Translations under genes and position numbers: made by a program | Assembly: GCA_964057225.1 (NCBI GenBank) | Contig: OZ059898.1 | Coordinates: 9,052,001 to 9,116,000, forward strand | Direction: 5' to 3' | Source of the DNA: Auanema rhodensis | Taxonomy: Eukaryota; Animalia; Nematoda | Length of the DNA stretch: 64,000 nt | The notes under the pieces: model-generated | Seen by the model: the letters and a program-made list of their open reading frames with translations, nothing else | Database searches by the model: none | Told to the model about the DNA's origin: nothing | Shown: one piece after another, positions 26,388-38,732 of the stretch | How positions within the stretch are numbered: the stretch's first letter is position 1 | Layout of the letters: the number at the start of each line of letters is the position of its first letter

Positions 26388-27737
26388 TTCCTTCTCTCAT
26401 AAATCTATGTTTTCTTTTTTAAAATCTGTCTTAAAGTGACTTTATGTATATCTATATAGTTTTCTATTTATTTCAATAATATCTTGTCTTTCGTTATCTT
26501 TTGAAGCTTTCTAGCTTGTACTGTTCGTGTTCTATCTTCATCCAACCTGAACCATGCGAAAACCAATGAAAAAATTTTTGTCAAGATGAAGATCTAGTCT
26601 TTATGCTTTATGTTAGAGCACAAAGAGTATATTATGTGAGGAGAAGCAATGAATACTGCATTTTATCTGGAAAAAACTTTAATAAATATTATAAAAATAC
26701 TTATAATAATGATATCATATGATTAGTATTATATTTATTTATTGAATCTTTCGATAATATTATGGATGAGCAATACATGATGATGATGATGACAAATATC
26801 CTGCATGGTATCAGCATTATTCAAACTTTCCATATCCTTCAAGCAAATATTCTCTTTTTATTTTTTTATTTCTAATACATAGCTATATGTACTATTAGTT
26901 TATTTATTTTCTGATTCAATTGCCTAATTCTAATATATTTTTGCTGTTAAACGTATTTGTAGTAAACTAGAACTAGACAAAACGAGAAACAAATGAACAA
27001 GAGTCACAAGTGGATTTAGTGATTTTTGAAAAAGCTTGCTGATGATTTTTTTGTTGTCAAAAAATCAAAAAAGGGAGATGTTGCTGTGGAGTGTCTTGAC
27101 AATTCTCATGGAGTGCAAACGATTCGACTCGTCCTCAGAACGTTGTTCTCTTGTCTTCGTTCTCTCACTGTCTTTGTCATTCGCATCATACAAACAAGAA
27201 CGTCTCTGTTATCCGGTCGTAGAAACGTGCCAACAACACGAAGATTGCAGCTGCAAGGTGCTCCAAATGAACGTCAGTATACAATTGTATACCGTCTCGG
27301 CCATTTTTTCCGGTCTTTGCACCCATACCCATGCCTTCAAGTTTCTTCCGTTCTTTTTCAATCATCATCCGGCTTTGTCGTCATGATAGTCTGCCAAGTG
27401 GATGGGAGTGGCTTCAAGGAGGCGGTCAGTTATGTAAGCCGTTATATTTCGTGCTCTATCCTAATAACCAGCACAATGCCTTTCACACCATTTCACAGAT
27501 TTCATCAGTCTGGAACAGCAGATTCTCAACAAAAAAATGTTTGAAATCTTTGAAGAATAGCTTTCGTAGCATTCAACAGATATTCCTTCAATTCCAAATT
27601 TCATTTTTTCTTGAGTTTGCATTTCTTTTCAGGAACTTCTCTTTCCATTTCTCATGTGATATATATATTTATTTTAAATTTATATAATGTACAAATATGT
27701 ATATTGAATAACTATAATTCTACATTATACTTTTTAG

Positions 27738-28768
27738 ATGAAAGTAATGCTTTTCTCTAGTATTCTCCTATTTGTACCAGCATTTCACATCGTTATGGCT
27801 GATAGTAAGTGTTATTATTTAATTATTTTTATTTAAAAATTTAATTTTTATAAAATGTAATTATATTATTTATAGAAATATCTTGGTGTGACTATTGGTA
27901 TCGTCGAGGAATTGCCAGAGTGGAATGTGCTAAACCACGTCAAAATCATTGGTCATTAGTGAAAAAAGAGGACACAATGAAGCAAAACTGTAAATTATTT
28001 GAAACTTTTCTTCAAGTTTCTAATAAATATGATTATAGTATATTCAATGCCAATATGTGATATGGTAACTGATTGGAGTAAATGCCAGAAAGCAGATCAC
28101 TGCCCACTAGGATTACTTTGTTGGGTTAAAGGAAATCCATGTTGTACTCCTCAAACTACTAATAAGTATCTAAATAAATTTGGTATATAATCATTATAAT
28201 TTAAAAATAAATAAGAAAAACTTGATTATAGGCAGTTTAGAGAATACCTGTCCATCAACACAAACACTTGGAATTCAATGTAATGCTCGGGTAACTAAAA
28301 TATTATAAATAAATTCATAATTTGATATAATAATTAAGACAACTATTAATTGGTGTCATACTGATTCTGATTGTCATCCATCTGGAAGTTCACTCCAAAA
28401 GTGTTGTCCATCTGGATGTGGATACAACATGTGTTTACGTATAACACCACCTATTGATATGACATCTAGATGTTAGCCATTATTTAAAATTCAAAAATTA
28501 ATTTTATAATATTTCAGTAGCAGAAATGTCAATTGTTCCATCTCAATGCCCTCGTATGGATAGTCTTAACATAGGATGTAGCCGGCAATTCGGCACAAGC
28601 TGGTGTCATACTGACTCTGATTGCTATTCAAACTCAGCTCAGCGACGCTTCTGTTGCCCAACTAGGTTAGTATCGATAACATTTCTTTGAAGTTCTGATT
28701 TTTTTTACAGATGTGGATACAATGTATGTTTATTACAACTTGGAATGAATCAATGGGCTATTGCTTAA
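27738..28768 (+). CDS. Secreted cysteine-rich protein with two WAP (four-disulfide core)-like repeats; putative protease inhibitor, 7 exons
   Basis: Signal peptide MKVMLFSSILLFVPAFHIVMA. Two repeats: CP...C...WCHTDSDC...CCPSGCGYNMC and CP...C...WCHTDSDC...CCPTRCGYNVC. A TTTTAG acceptor directly abuts the ATG. Confidence 0.85.
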
Positions 28769-28985
28769 AGTTGAAAAAAAAACATTTTAATAATTATTTC
28801 TAAATCAAAATTACAATCCCGGTATCTCGTAATGACAGCTCACTTTATTGTTTGTTTATTTTTCTTTAAAATATATTTTCTATTCTATTAACTAATTTAT
28901 TTGAATTATATCAAAAAATATATTTGTATATACATGTTTTAAATAATATTCTTATCGTTTTGTTTTCTTTTTAATTTTTGTTTAA

Positions 28986-30553
28986 TTAAGATAATAAATG
29001 ATTTATATTTCTTGTTGGTGGTCGAATCAGTGAAAAAGATGGCTTTTCTGGCTCGATGAAAAGATTGAAAAAACGTTGATACCATCTGAAAAAAAAATTA
29101 TAAAACTAACAGAATAATTTGATAATTTGACTTTAATTTTTTGTTTTCCTCTTCCAATTGTAGTCGATTAACATCAGATGATAAGGATAGCTGAAAATAA
29201 GTAAAATAAAAAAATAAAAATTGTCTACGTGCTTGTCTCATGCTTCTTTTAGTTTGGGGAGCTATTATGCTCTGACGACGTACCCCAAATAATTGCGAAT
29301 CAACCAAACTTCCAGATCTTAAAATAAAAAAAAAATATTTGTTATCAGAATGATGATTAAAAGAAGAACCTTGCAAATTTTTCCAAAATAATTCCAGATG
29401 AAGGTTCTCGTTGTGCTGCTGTAACTTCATCTGCATTTGGTGCCATAAACCTTAATAAAAATAATTATATATTATATAATTAAATATAATTAAATATACC
29501 CAAGTACTAAAAGATTAACACAAGCAGAGAAGACAGCGAGACCAACAATGACAAATAAAAGATTGAATACAACATAAAATGGTCTTGCTTGTAGAGCTGA
29601 ACCTTGTTGCAAAGGCACATAATCTCCAAAGCCAATTGTAGATACTAAAATTATTTTTTAATTATAAAAATAATAAAAATATTTATAATTACATGTAACA
29701 AAACAATAATAAAAAGCTTCAAAAAATGACCAACGTTCTTCTCTACTAAATACATATGTACCTTTAAATATAGAAAAATATAATTAGATTATTAAATTAT
29801 TTTTAAGAAAACAAACACATACCTATCATAATTATTGCTGTTCCAATTGATAATGAAACCATTAAAAGATGTGTAGGAGTTACATCTTTCAGTATAAAGC
29901 ATCCTCTACGATGTGCATATCCTCTTGTCTAAAATATACAAATAATAAACTATTTGTATACATATAATCTAAAGATTATTCTCTTAACAAGATAAATTAT
30001 TTTAATTTATAATATCTTATTCAAGCATACCTTATGAAGACAAAATGCTATGCCTGTATTTACTCTCTCACCAATAGATTGAAACATGATCAAGCCCATT
30101 GGAATTCCAGCAAGAGCAAAGAACATACAAAAAATTTTACCGGCAGCTGTTTCTGGAGCTGAATTACCATATCCTACAACTCAAGTTGTTATACAATTAT
30201 ATCAATATAATAATACTAACCAACAGTAGTTATGACAACAACTGCAAAATACAGTGCACCAGAAAATTGCCATTGAAAACCAGCACGATGTCGAATACTT
30301 TTATGAATTATTATTTCAAATAGCTCCATATCACTAACCATTTTATATATTTTTTATTTAAAATATTTATAAATTATACAAACCGTTTAGTAAAATTATA
30401 TTTGTTTTGTAATTTGTCATTAATATGAGCAATTTCTTCTCTTAATCGACGATCTTCTGCACTTTCCAGCCAATCAAATACAGCAGCTCCAAGTAAAAGG
30501 TAAGTGAAGGTAGTTAAGATAAGCATTAATGTTCTTGACGATTTCTTATCCAT
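28986..30553 (-). CDS. twk-20: Two-pore-domain K+ channel, TASK/SUP-9 subfamily, most similar to TWK-20, about 10 exons
   Basis: [96 protein letters not shown]. Assignment to twk-20 rather than sup-9 rests on recalled N-terminal similarity and linkage to nlg-1. Confidence 0.88.
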
Positions 30554-31137
30554 TTGATGCTGTATAAATAATTGAAATTATGAAAAATTGTAAAATTATT
30601 GTAAATCACACCGGGAAATTTCGAATTGATAATGTTTCAGAGAACATTTTTTCCATATTTTACCTAAACTATGAACGATTATTTTATTTTAAAAATATTT
30701 TTAAAAAGCGAAATATTCTATACAACATACAAATATAATAAACAAATTGATTATATCAATCATTTTCTAAATTTTTCATTATTTTTTTCCGAAAATTATA
30801 ATTTATTTTTGATAAAAAGAGAAAGACTTTATGACGAATGGAGCAGAAAGCGAAGGCAAATGAGGCAAAACGCAGTTATCGTCCGACAGAGTAAATCTGG
30901 CTAGAAGGATACTGAGCTGTTGAAAGGAAAAGATGCGATACATATAGGAAGTGAAAGCAAAATAGAGAGAGAGAGATAGAGATAGAGAGAGTCAAGAAGC
31001 ATAAGGATGGACTAATCAGAGCATCTATTCAAATCTAGCTCTACCAAAGGGAGAGAAAGGAGAAGAGAATCTTTTTTAAGGAACATGTTTTCTTTTCTTT
31101 TTTTTTCGAATTTTCTTCCGTTTTTCATTTTTGTTTA

Positions 31138-31168
<31 letters not shown>

Positions 31169-34100
31169 TTCCCTTCCTTTCCTTTCCTTTTCTTTTTTTA
31201 CAAGTAAATTTTACCTGATTTAGTTGATATACATTGATTTTTTAAATATATCTATATATAATGTATATATAAATAGATATAATTGTACTTTTTAAATAAA
31301 TTATTAAATTAAAATAATTTGTGTTACGTTAGCAGGTGTTTCGTACAAAAATAATCATAAGATGTTATATATAATATATACTATGTCACATGTATATAGA
31401 TATCTGATTCTATAAATTTTCTAGAATAAATGTATTTATAAAATATTTTAATCTTATTTTTAATTATATTTAATTTTCTTTTATTAAATACTCTACCTTT
31501 TCTTTCTTTTTCTTTCCCTCTTGCTTAGTTTTGTTTTTTTTTTGTTGAAAATTAAAAGTTTTTTTTTATAAATATTTGATTTCTAATATTTCAAAAGCAT
31601 CTTTTACATGTTTGACACACACTGGAACATATTCATAATGCACATAATTAATAAAAATATAATCAATAGTTAGTAAAGATTTTAACTATTTCACACATTT
31701 TAAATAACATGACCATGTCGAAAAAAGAATTTTTTTCAAGCTTATTCGGTGGATAGCATGTAGTATACTTAAGATTAATGATGAACAAACGTTCTTCTTT
31801 CTCTTCAAATTTAGATTGTCATTCTTCTGGTATCTCTGTCATTTTTTTCTTTTCTTCTTATTCTTCTTCTTTAAACAAGTTGTTATTAAAACGAAAATCT
31901 AAAACATTTTTTGAACTTTCTGTTGAAATCCAGGCCAGTTAACCTTGTTTTATCCCCCCATTTTACAAACTTTCTTAATGACGTTTTGGGGAGAGGAAAT
32001 GAAAACATATGTTTTCTTAATTTCTAGAGTTGTAATAATTTTCTTTTTTTTTCTTTCATTCAGTCAACAATCCAAAGTGTTATCTGAAGTTGTCAATAAA
32101 TCTTAATCCTCTCAATCAATATATTTTTTTGAAATTTATTTTCTTTATATACATTTATTCCAGAATATTCTTGACTGCGGTTAGCTTGATTTAATCATGT
32201 TTTCCTCGCCAGCGTTTTGAAAATCATCTTCTTTTTTCATAATGCTCTTACGAATGAGAGAATGAAACCAAGTAGAAACATGACTTTATCCTCACATACA
32301 CCTTGTTTTATTCTTTATGACGTCACCATTAACGAAAGAGAGGAAAGACGCCTGTTTGGGCTCTGTTTCATCTCTCTCTCACTCTACTTCTCTCGGTTGA
32401 AGCTTTACAACCTTCAAGCTTCGAAAGAGTCTATCTGTTCTTGTTTTATCGATTTGACGACAAGTCATTGAACATATTATTCTCAGCTGGATCTTGAATC
32501 TGATACCTATTGTTTTGTTTGTTTACTCACACATTTGTTTATATTTATTTATGTAAATTGCATAATAATACTAAACATTTCCTAATAAGTATAAAATTTA
32601 ATATTCATATTCCAATCTTTTCAATGAGATTTACAGTTAATAATCACAAAATCGAAACACCTGTATCAACAGATGTGTTCGCATATTTGTATCGTATTTT
32701 CTCTCCTTCATAATGAACTTATTTATCTGCTAACTATAGATAATAATGAAATTATAATACAATAATTTTTGTATTTTTCTCCATAACTATTTGTCTTCAT
32801 AGCTACATATATCAATTGTACAATCTGATGCATAAAACATTCAGATTGCTTATATATTTATATTTTTTCAAACAAAATAATAATTATACATATATATTTA
32901 TATAAGAATATATTTATAAATCTTATTCATTTTCGTATTTTTAAAATAAATTTATAGTCAATAATAGTCTTTTTCCTTTTTTTTTATTTAAGTTAAATGT
33001 TCTTTTGATATTAATACACTTTTAACGTAATATATACCAAAAAAGAAGATTGAATTTTCAAAAACGACAATTAACAACTTTTCGTACGAATAATTATTTA
33101 TTTATTCAAAATATCTTTCATGTTATCCTTCTTCATTCCTTCTGTTTGTACATTTTCTTCGACAACTTTTCTTCTCTTTCGTTCCACATCCTTCTTATCC
33201 CCCCCTCATCCACTTGTAATTTTTTTCAACTGAAAGTCGGATTTCAGCTGCTGCACACCGTTCACATTTTTTACTTTGTCATGTTATTCAACAAAAATAT
33301 ATTGTTTATTTATTGTACTTCATATTTCTCCCATATAAAGTAGGAACAAATATGACTGGAATTGAAGTTTTTGAATAATTTAACCCGTTCGTTGTATTAC
33401 GAGACTTTCATAAAAAAAATAATTAGTTTGAAAATTTGCTGGGAACTTTTTTCCTGATGCACCACAAAACAACACTTTTAAAATTTTCTCATAAGTCAGT
33501 TAATTCATTTTCGTTTTAACCATTAGTTTTAATAGCTTAAAATAAGCAATTCGTCTTTGAGAAAGTCTCTCTATGATTTTTACGGAACAATGTTGTTTTT
33601 ACTTTTTCTTTCAAGTTTTCAATTAAGTTTTAAACGTTTTCATATGAATAAGCCTGGCTTTTGCGTCTTAGTCCATTTCAATAATTTCTTAATTGGCTTT
33701 CACTTTGGATGGGCTTACATGGAATTTACAAAGCTAAAATAGAAGAATGTCATTATATATTCAGTAGTTTGTAACTTCACTTCCCTCATTTTTGCATTTT
33801 CGTTGTTTTTCTTTATAAAAAGATTTTATTTTGTTTACATTAACTTTCATTAAATCTTTATTGTTAAATAATTTTTTCGCATGCTCTTTATTTTTTATTT
33901 TTAATTATTATTTATATTTTCTTTTAACTATTATTATTTCTTTTTTATTCTTATACATACTTTTCAATGTCTATTTCAATATTTTCTATAGACCTAATTT
34001 TACTTTTACGAATTTTTCTTCTAATTTTTGAGTTTCTGGTGACTGTGTTAGACGAACAAGTCGACAGAGTTCTCTAAAGACAAACTTATTAAGTCTCTAG

Positions 34101-37100
34101 AGATAATTGTTATGATCTAATTGGCCATTTCTTTCAACTAATAACCAATTTTTTACGTTTGTTTTCAAATTTTAAGAGTATTAACTTAAACAAGGATGAT
34201 AATGTAACTCTGATGTGGGTTTTTTCTTCTATCTTTATCTATATACATATGTATATACATATACATGGAACACTTTTCAATGCACGAGGTCTGATCTAAA
34301 ATCTTATCAAATTCGTAATCATCATACATACACATGTTCTTTTTCCATTTTTCTACTCTCTCACTCTTTTTCTCTTCCTATTTTACTCTCTCTCCTTTCT
34401 ACTTGCATATTTCACTCTTTACTATTTTTCTCTTAAACTGCCAGTACTCTTCAATGTTTCTTGCTTCTTCTCTTTTTTATCTTCGTCTCCAGGGACATGC
34501 ACATCCTCTTCTCTCTCATCGTTTCCACTTGCACTTCATCCCTTGAAATTCAATGTATCATCACCCTCTCATTCTCCATTTTTTATTCTACTATCTACAA
34601 GCATAATCCTGATTTTAGATATTTTCTATTTTATATTTATAATGCAACATTTTGCCCAAATTTGTAAAAGAAAAACATTTCGAAGAACAGCTGGGGACAT
34701 ACTTTGTCCACCAGCTCCGGAAACGGTTGTCATCTGAAGGACTTCGGTCACTCAAGATTCAAGCCGTTGACATGAAAATAGACATATTTTTGACGAGAAT
34801 AACCAACTTTTGACAATTTGGATCAAAACCATACTGGAGTTCTTTATATTTTTCCAGGATCTATCCAGCATCCTTCACAACCCTCCCCCCTTTTTCTATT
34901 CAGAAATTGGAAAAGCAGTTCTTAAGTTTGATTTGCAGCAAGAAAAAAAAGCAAAAAAATAGTGAGAATTATTTTGGATAAAAATGAATTAAGTAAGTCA
35001 TTTGCATAAGAAATTCAAGATTTTAGTAGTAAAATTCTCATTCAAAAAAAGAAAAATGGCAATCAATTCCAAAATGATAAGGCTGTGAATATTTTTTTTC
35101 ATCCGTTTTTCTTCTCTTCTTCTCCAACTCTCGTTATCTCTTTCAACTGTCCTATTGAAGAGTGAGTCGTTTGGGGAATAGCCTAGACAATGAGCACCAA
35201 AGAAAATACTGCGATTGGACCAATTAGACAAGCTCATAACTACCATCATATAACAGATTATGTTTTAAGAGAGCTCGTAAAAGTTTTTTGAAAAGATTTT
35301 AAACGAACTTCTCAATGACCCATTAGTGCAATTCCTTGGAAGATAAGTTTTTCAGTTCCCTTCTCTTTTTTACTCTCCTATAAGTTGTTGTTTTAAAATT
35401 TTCTCTTTCTCACTGATCATAAAGAAATTTGTTGAATGATGAGAATAGAAAAAGCTCTAAGAGTAGCCTAGAGGTTCTTGCTTGGTCCAACCTCCAAATG
35501 TGATTAGGTCGGCTTTGAAAGCCGTCATGATGCCTGGACGGGAGCCATTCAAACGCTAATCTTAGTCAAAGCACTTCTGAAAAGACTTGTCTCAAACCTT
35601 AGGATAAACTTAAGAAAGTGTGTTAAGTTTTCTTCTTCACGCTTCTCCCAAATATTTCTTATACGAAAAAGAAAACAACAAATCTTCTAAACGTTGTGAA
35701 TGTTCTATGAACACTGTAAGGTTTCAATGCTTTATGTAATATTCCGTAATATCCTTTCCTTTTTTTTAAAATTCATATACGAAAATCTAAACAAGCCCAT
35801 GTTTTTCTCATTCATTTGAAGAACAAAATTCTCAAGTATCTACTCAACTATATGTATTTATTATTTTTGAAAATATTTGTAATCACCTGCTTGTTAAGAG
35901 ACAGTACAAACATTCAGTTTTTTTTCCAAACTGTCTAACTTATTCTCTTGTTTTCTCAATTACAGCAGTAACAAAATAGAATTGAAATTCTAGTTAATTA
36001 TTTGGTATATTTATATTAAAACATTAAACTTAATTATATAATCAGAAAACACAAATATATATATATATATATATTACACATTATTATTTTAAAAAATGTG
36101 CTCCACATCATAGGTTAAACGATTAACATTTTAATTGAAAAGATGAATATTTCAATATTTTTTTATTTTTCCTTGTTTTTTTGTCAATTTTTACAATAGT
36201 TTAACATATATGTATGTGTATATTATATATCTACATATGTTTTTGTATGTCTGCTTCTTCTTTTTCTTTTCGATTTTCGTTTTACTGTCTTCTTTGCTCA
36301 CTCTTCTCACTTAATCCCCTTTAGAATTGAACTGACATTTGTGATGTTTTAAACTTATTATCTTATATCTTATTCAATATACATACATGAATAACTGTTT
36401 CATCTATATCTATATACATATATATGTTTATCGAAAATGCAAAAATTTTCCTGGAAGAACAAAGAAGAAAGGAAGCCGGTATCTTGGCAATTTCCCTTAA
36501 TTCCATCTCAGGCGGACTAGTGTGTCTTTTTCTTTTCCTGGAATTCCCCTGAGTACAGTTGCCTAATGTGTTCTCATCATCGCCTTATTTCGTCTATCTT
36601 CCTCCTTATTTAGAAGCTAGGACACACATATTCACAAATACAATCCAGATGTCCTTCGTAGCAGTTTCTGCAGCCTAGCCCCCCCCCCCTCTCTTTAGTT
36701 TTCGGTATTAACCATTCTTCATCTGGCATTGTTATATATACATATATGTATATCGTTGATTGCAGCAAATCTTTAAAAAGATTTAAAAAAAGAAGTTATT
36801 GAGATGAATAACTATGATATTACTTATTTTCTCTTTATACATGATGATTTTAACGACAAAGACAAAACCTCTAATTCGAGCTCTGTATCATCTTAATTAC
36901 GAGTGCATTTGACGTTCATAGTTCTAATACAAGAACTAATGAAGACAGTAGAAAGTTCAGGCATATGTCATGTATGTAAGCATCTTTCTAATCTAGTAAT
37001 ACTCTATGTTCTTCAACTATACAATGAATGTTGTATTATCTCTATTAGTACATATAATTAACTTCAAAATTGAATAGTTATTAATATTCTGAATTATCAA

Positions 37101-38732
37101 ATATAATAATTATAGTTTTTTATTAAAAATTTATACTTCAAATCTGTTTTTTGACCATTTACATTTGATTATATTTCTCCATGCAGATGCTGTTATTTCA
37201 TTTTTTTTCTTTCATTGTTTTTCTTTTTTATCACAAATTATTCAAATCACATCCACATACATAGAATAATGAAAGCTAAAGTTTAGATTCAAATGAACGT
37301 TGTTCTTTCATCCGAAATTCACAATAGAATCAGAAAAATTTCCATAAATGGTCATGAGGGGATTGATTCAAGCTTGGGCCTCAATATGAACAAGATCGAG
37401 AGAGAGAGAATCGAAATTGTGAATAGGCGTGATAGAAAAACGTATTTTCCTAAAGAAACTATTTCAAAACTAGATGATAATAGTTTGAAATCGTCGAGTT
37501 TGTACGTTTTCCAGTTGACCAAGGTATTCATCTTCTGACCAACTTGTAAAGCCATTCCGCTTCACCTCTTCATTTAGCCTTCTTGGATATTATGTTGTGG
37601 CAGCGTCCTCCTCATTTCTTTTTCCTTCAATTCGTTTTTCTACTCCTACTTCATCTTGCTCAGTTGTTCAGTTAGCAGATCCTTTTCGCCTTTCAAAAAC
37701 AGTTTACTTAGTACTTACATTACGTATAGTTAAGTGTTACAACAATATTCTTTAATTTTCAAATTGTGAAAGATATTTATCTTTAATTTTGGTGAATATT
37801 TTTTTTTAAATATGTTGTTCGATACTTAAATTTAACGAAAAGAAGATCTTCACCATGACAAGATAGTTGAACGTAATTTGATCTTTTCACTTCAATGTAT
37901 ATCTTCTCTTCATTTTTCGGTTCAAACACACGCTTTTTAAAATATAATTTGATATTTTTATGAATGCTTCTTCCTCTTCTTATTGATGTTTCACTTTTCT
38001 TTTACGTCTTCTTTCTTTTACGTCATCATTTATTTGACTACTTTGTTGATCTGTTTCTTCATATATTTCTGGGTGGCGGTCATCCGAGCAATTGACTGAA
38101 TTCTATTTCCGAATTTCATCTTAACAGCCTACCAAAAGCTCAAAGACTTCCGTCACTGCGTGGTCAATCAGCCTAGCTAGTTAAGCTCTAACCTTATACT
38201 TCAGCTTCTTCAGTAACTCCTCTGCAACTACATTATAATTTAAAATTACTTGTCGAATATTTTATTTTTCTAAATGCTCTTGTTCGGGAAAAGAATCAAA
38301 AAATACAAAAATGAATGGCGACTTTTCATTTTTACTTTTACTTCCATTATTGTTCGAGGTAAAGGAAACTATAATGTGTTGACAGTGAGAAAACAGCTTT
38401 TCTCATTATTTTCTCTCTCTTTATTTGAATGTTAAAACCCAACTTCTCTTTCTATCCTTCTATATATGGCTCAAAATAATCCCTTCTTGTAATGACAAAG
38501 TATATGGCTACTTTTCTTTTTTCTATTTTTCATGAAAATAACTAAAAAAATAGTCAACTTTTTTGTTAACTATATATAATATACACATAAATACATGTAT
38601 ATGTATACGTTTTCTTATATTTATATCAAAGATCATTGTTATTTCATATACTTAGTTTATATTTATCATTATATAATCAATGTTTTTATAATATTTATAT
38701 TATTACAGGCTTCTCTATGACGTAGAAACAAA

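Noticed and set aside
27026-27687. Overlapping 116-172 aa ORFs
   Set aside because: No motifs or splice-consistent structure. Better explained as a GC-richer regulatory island.
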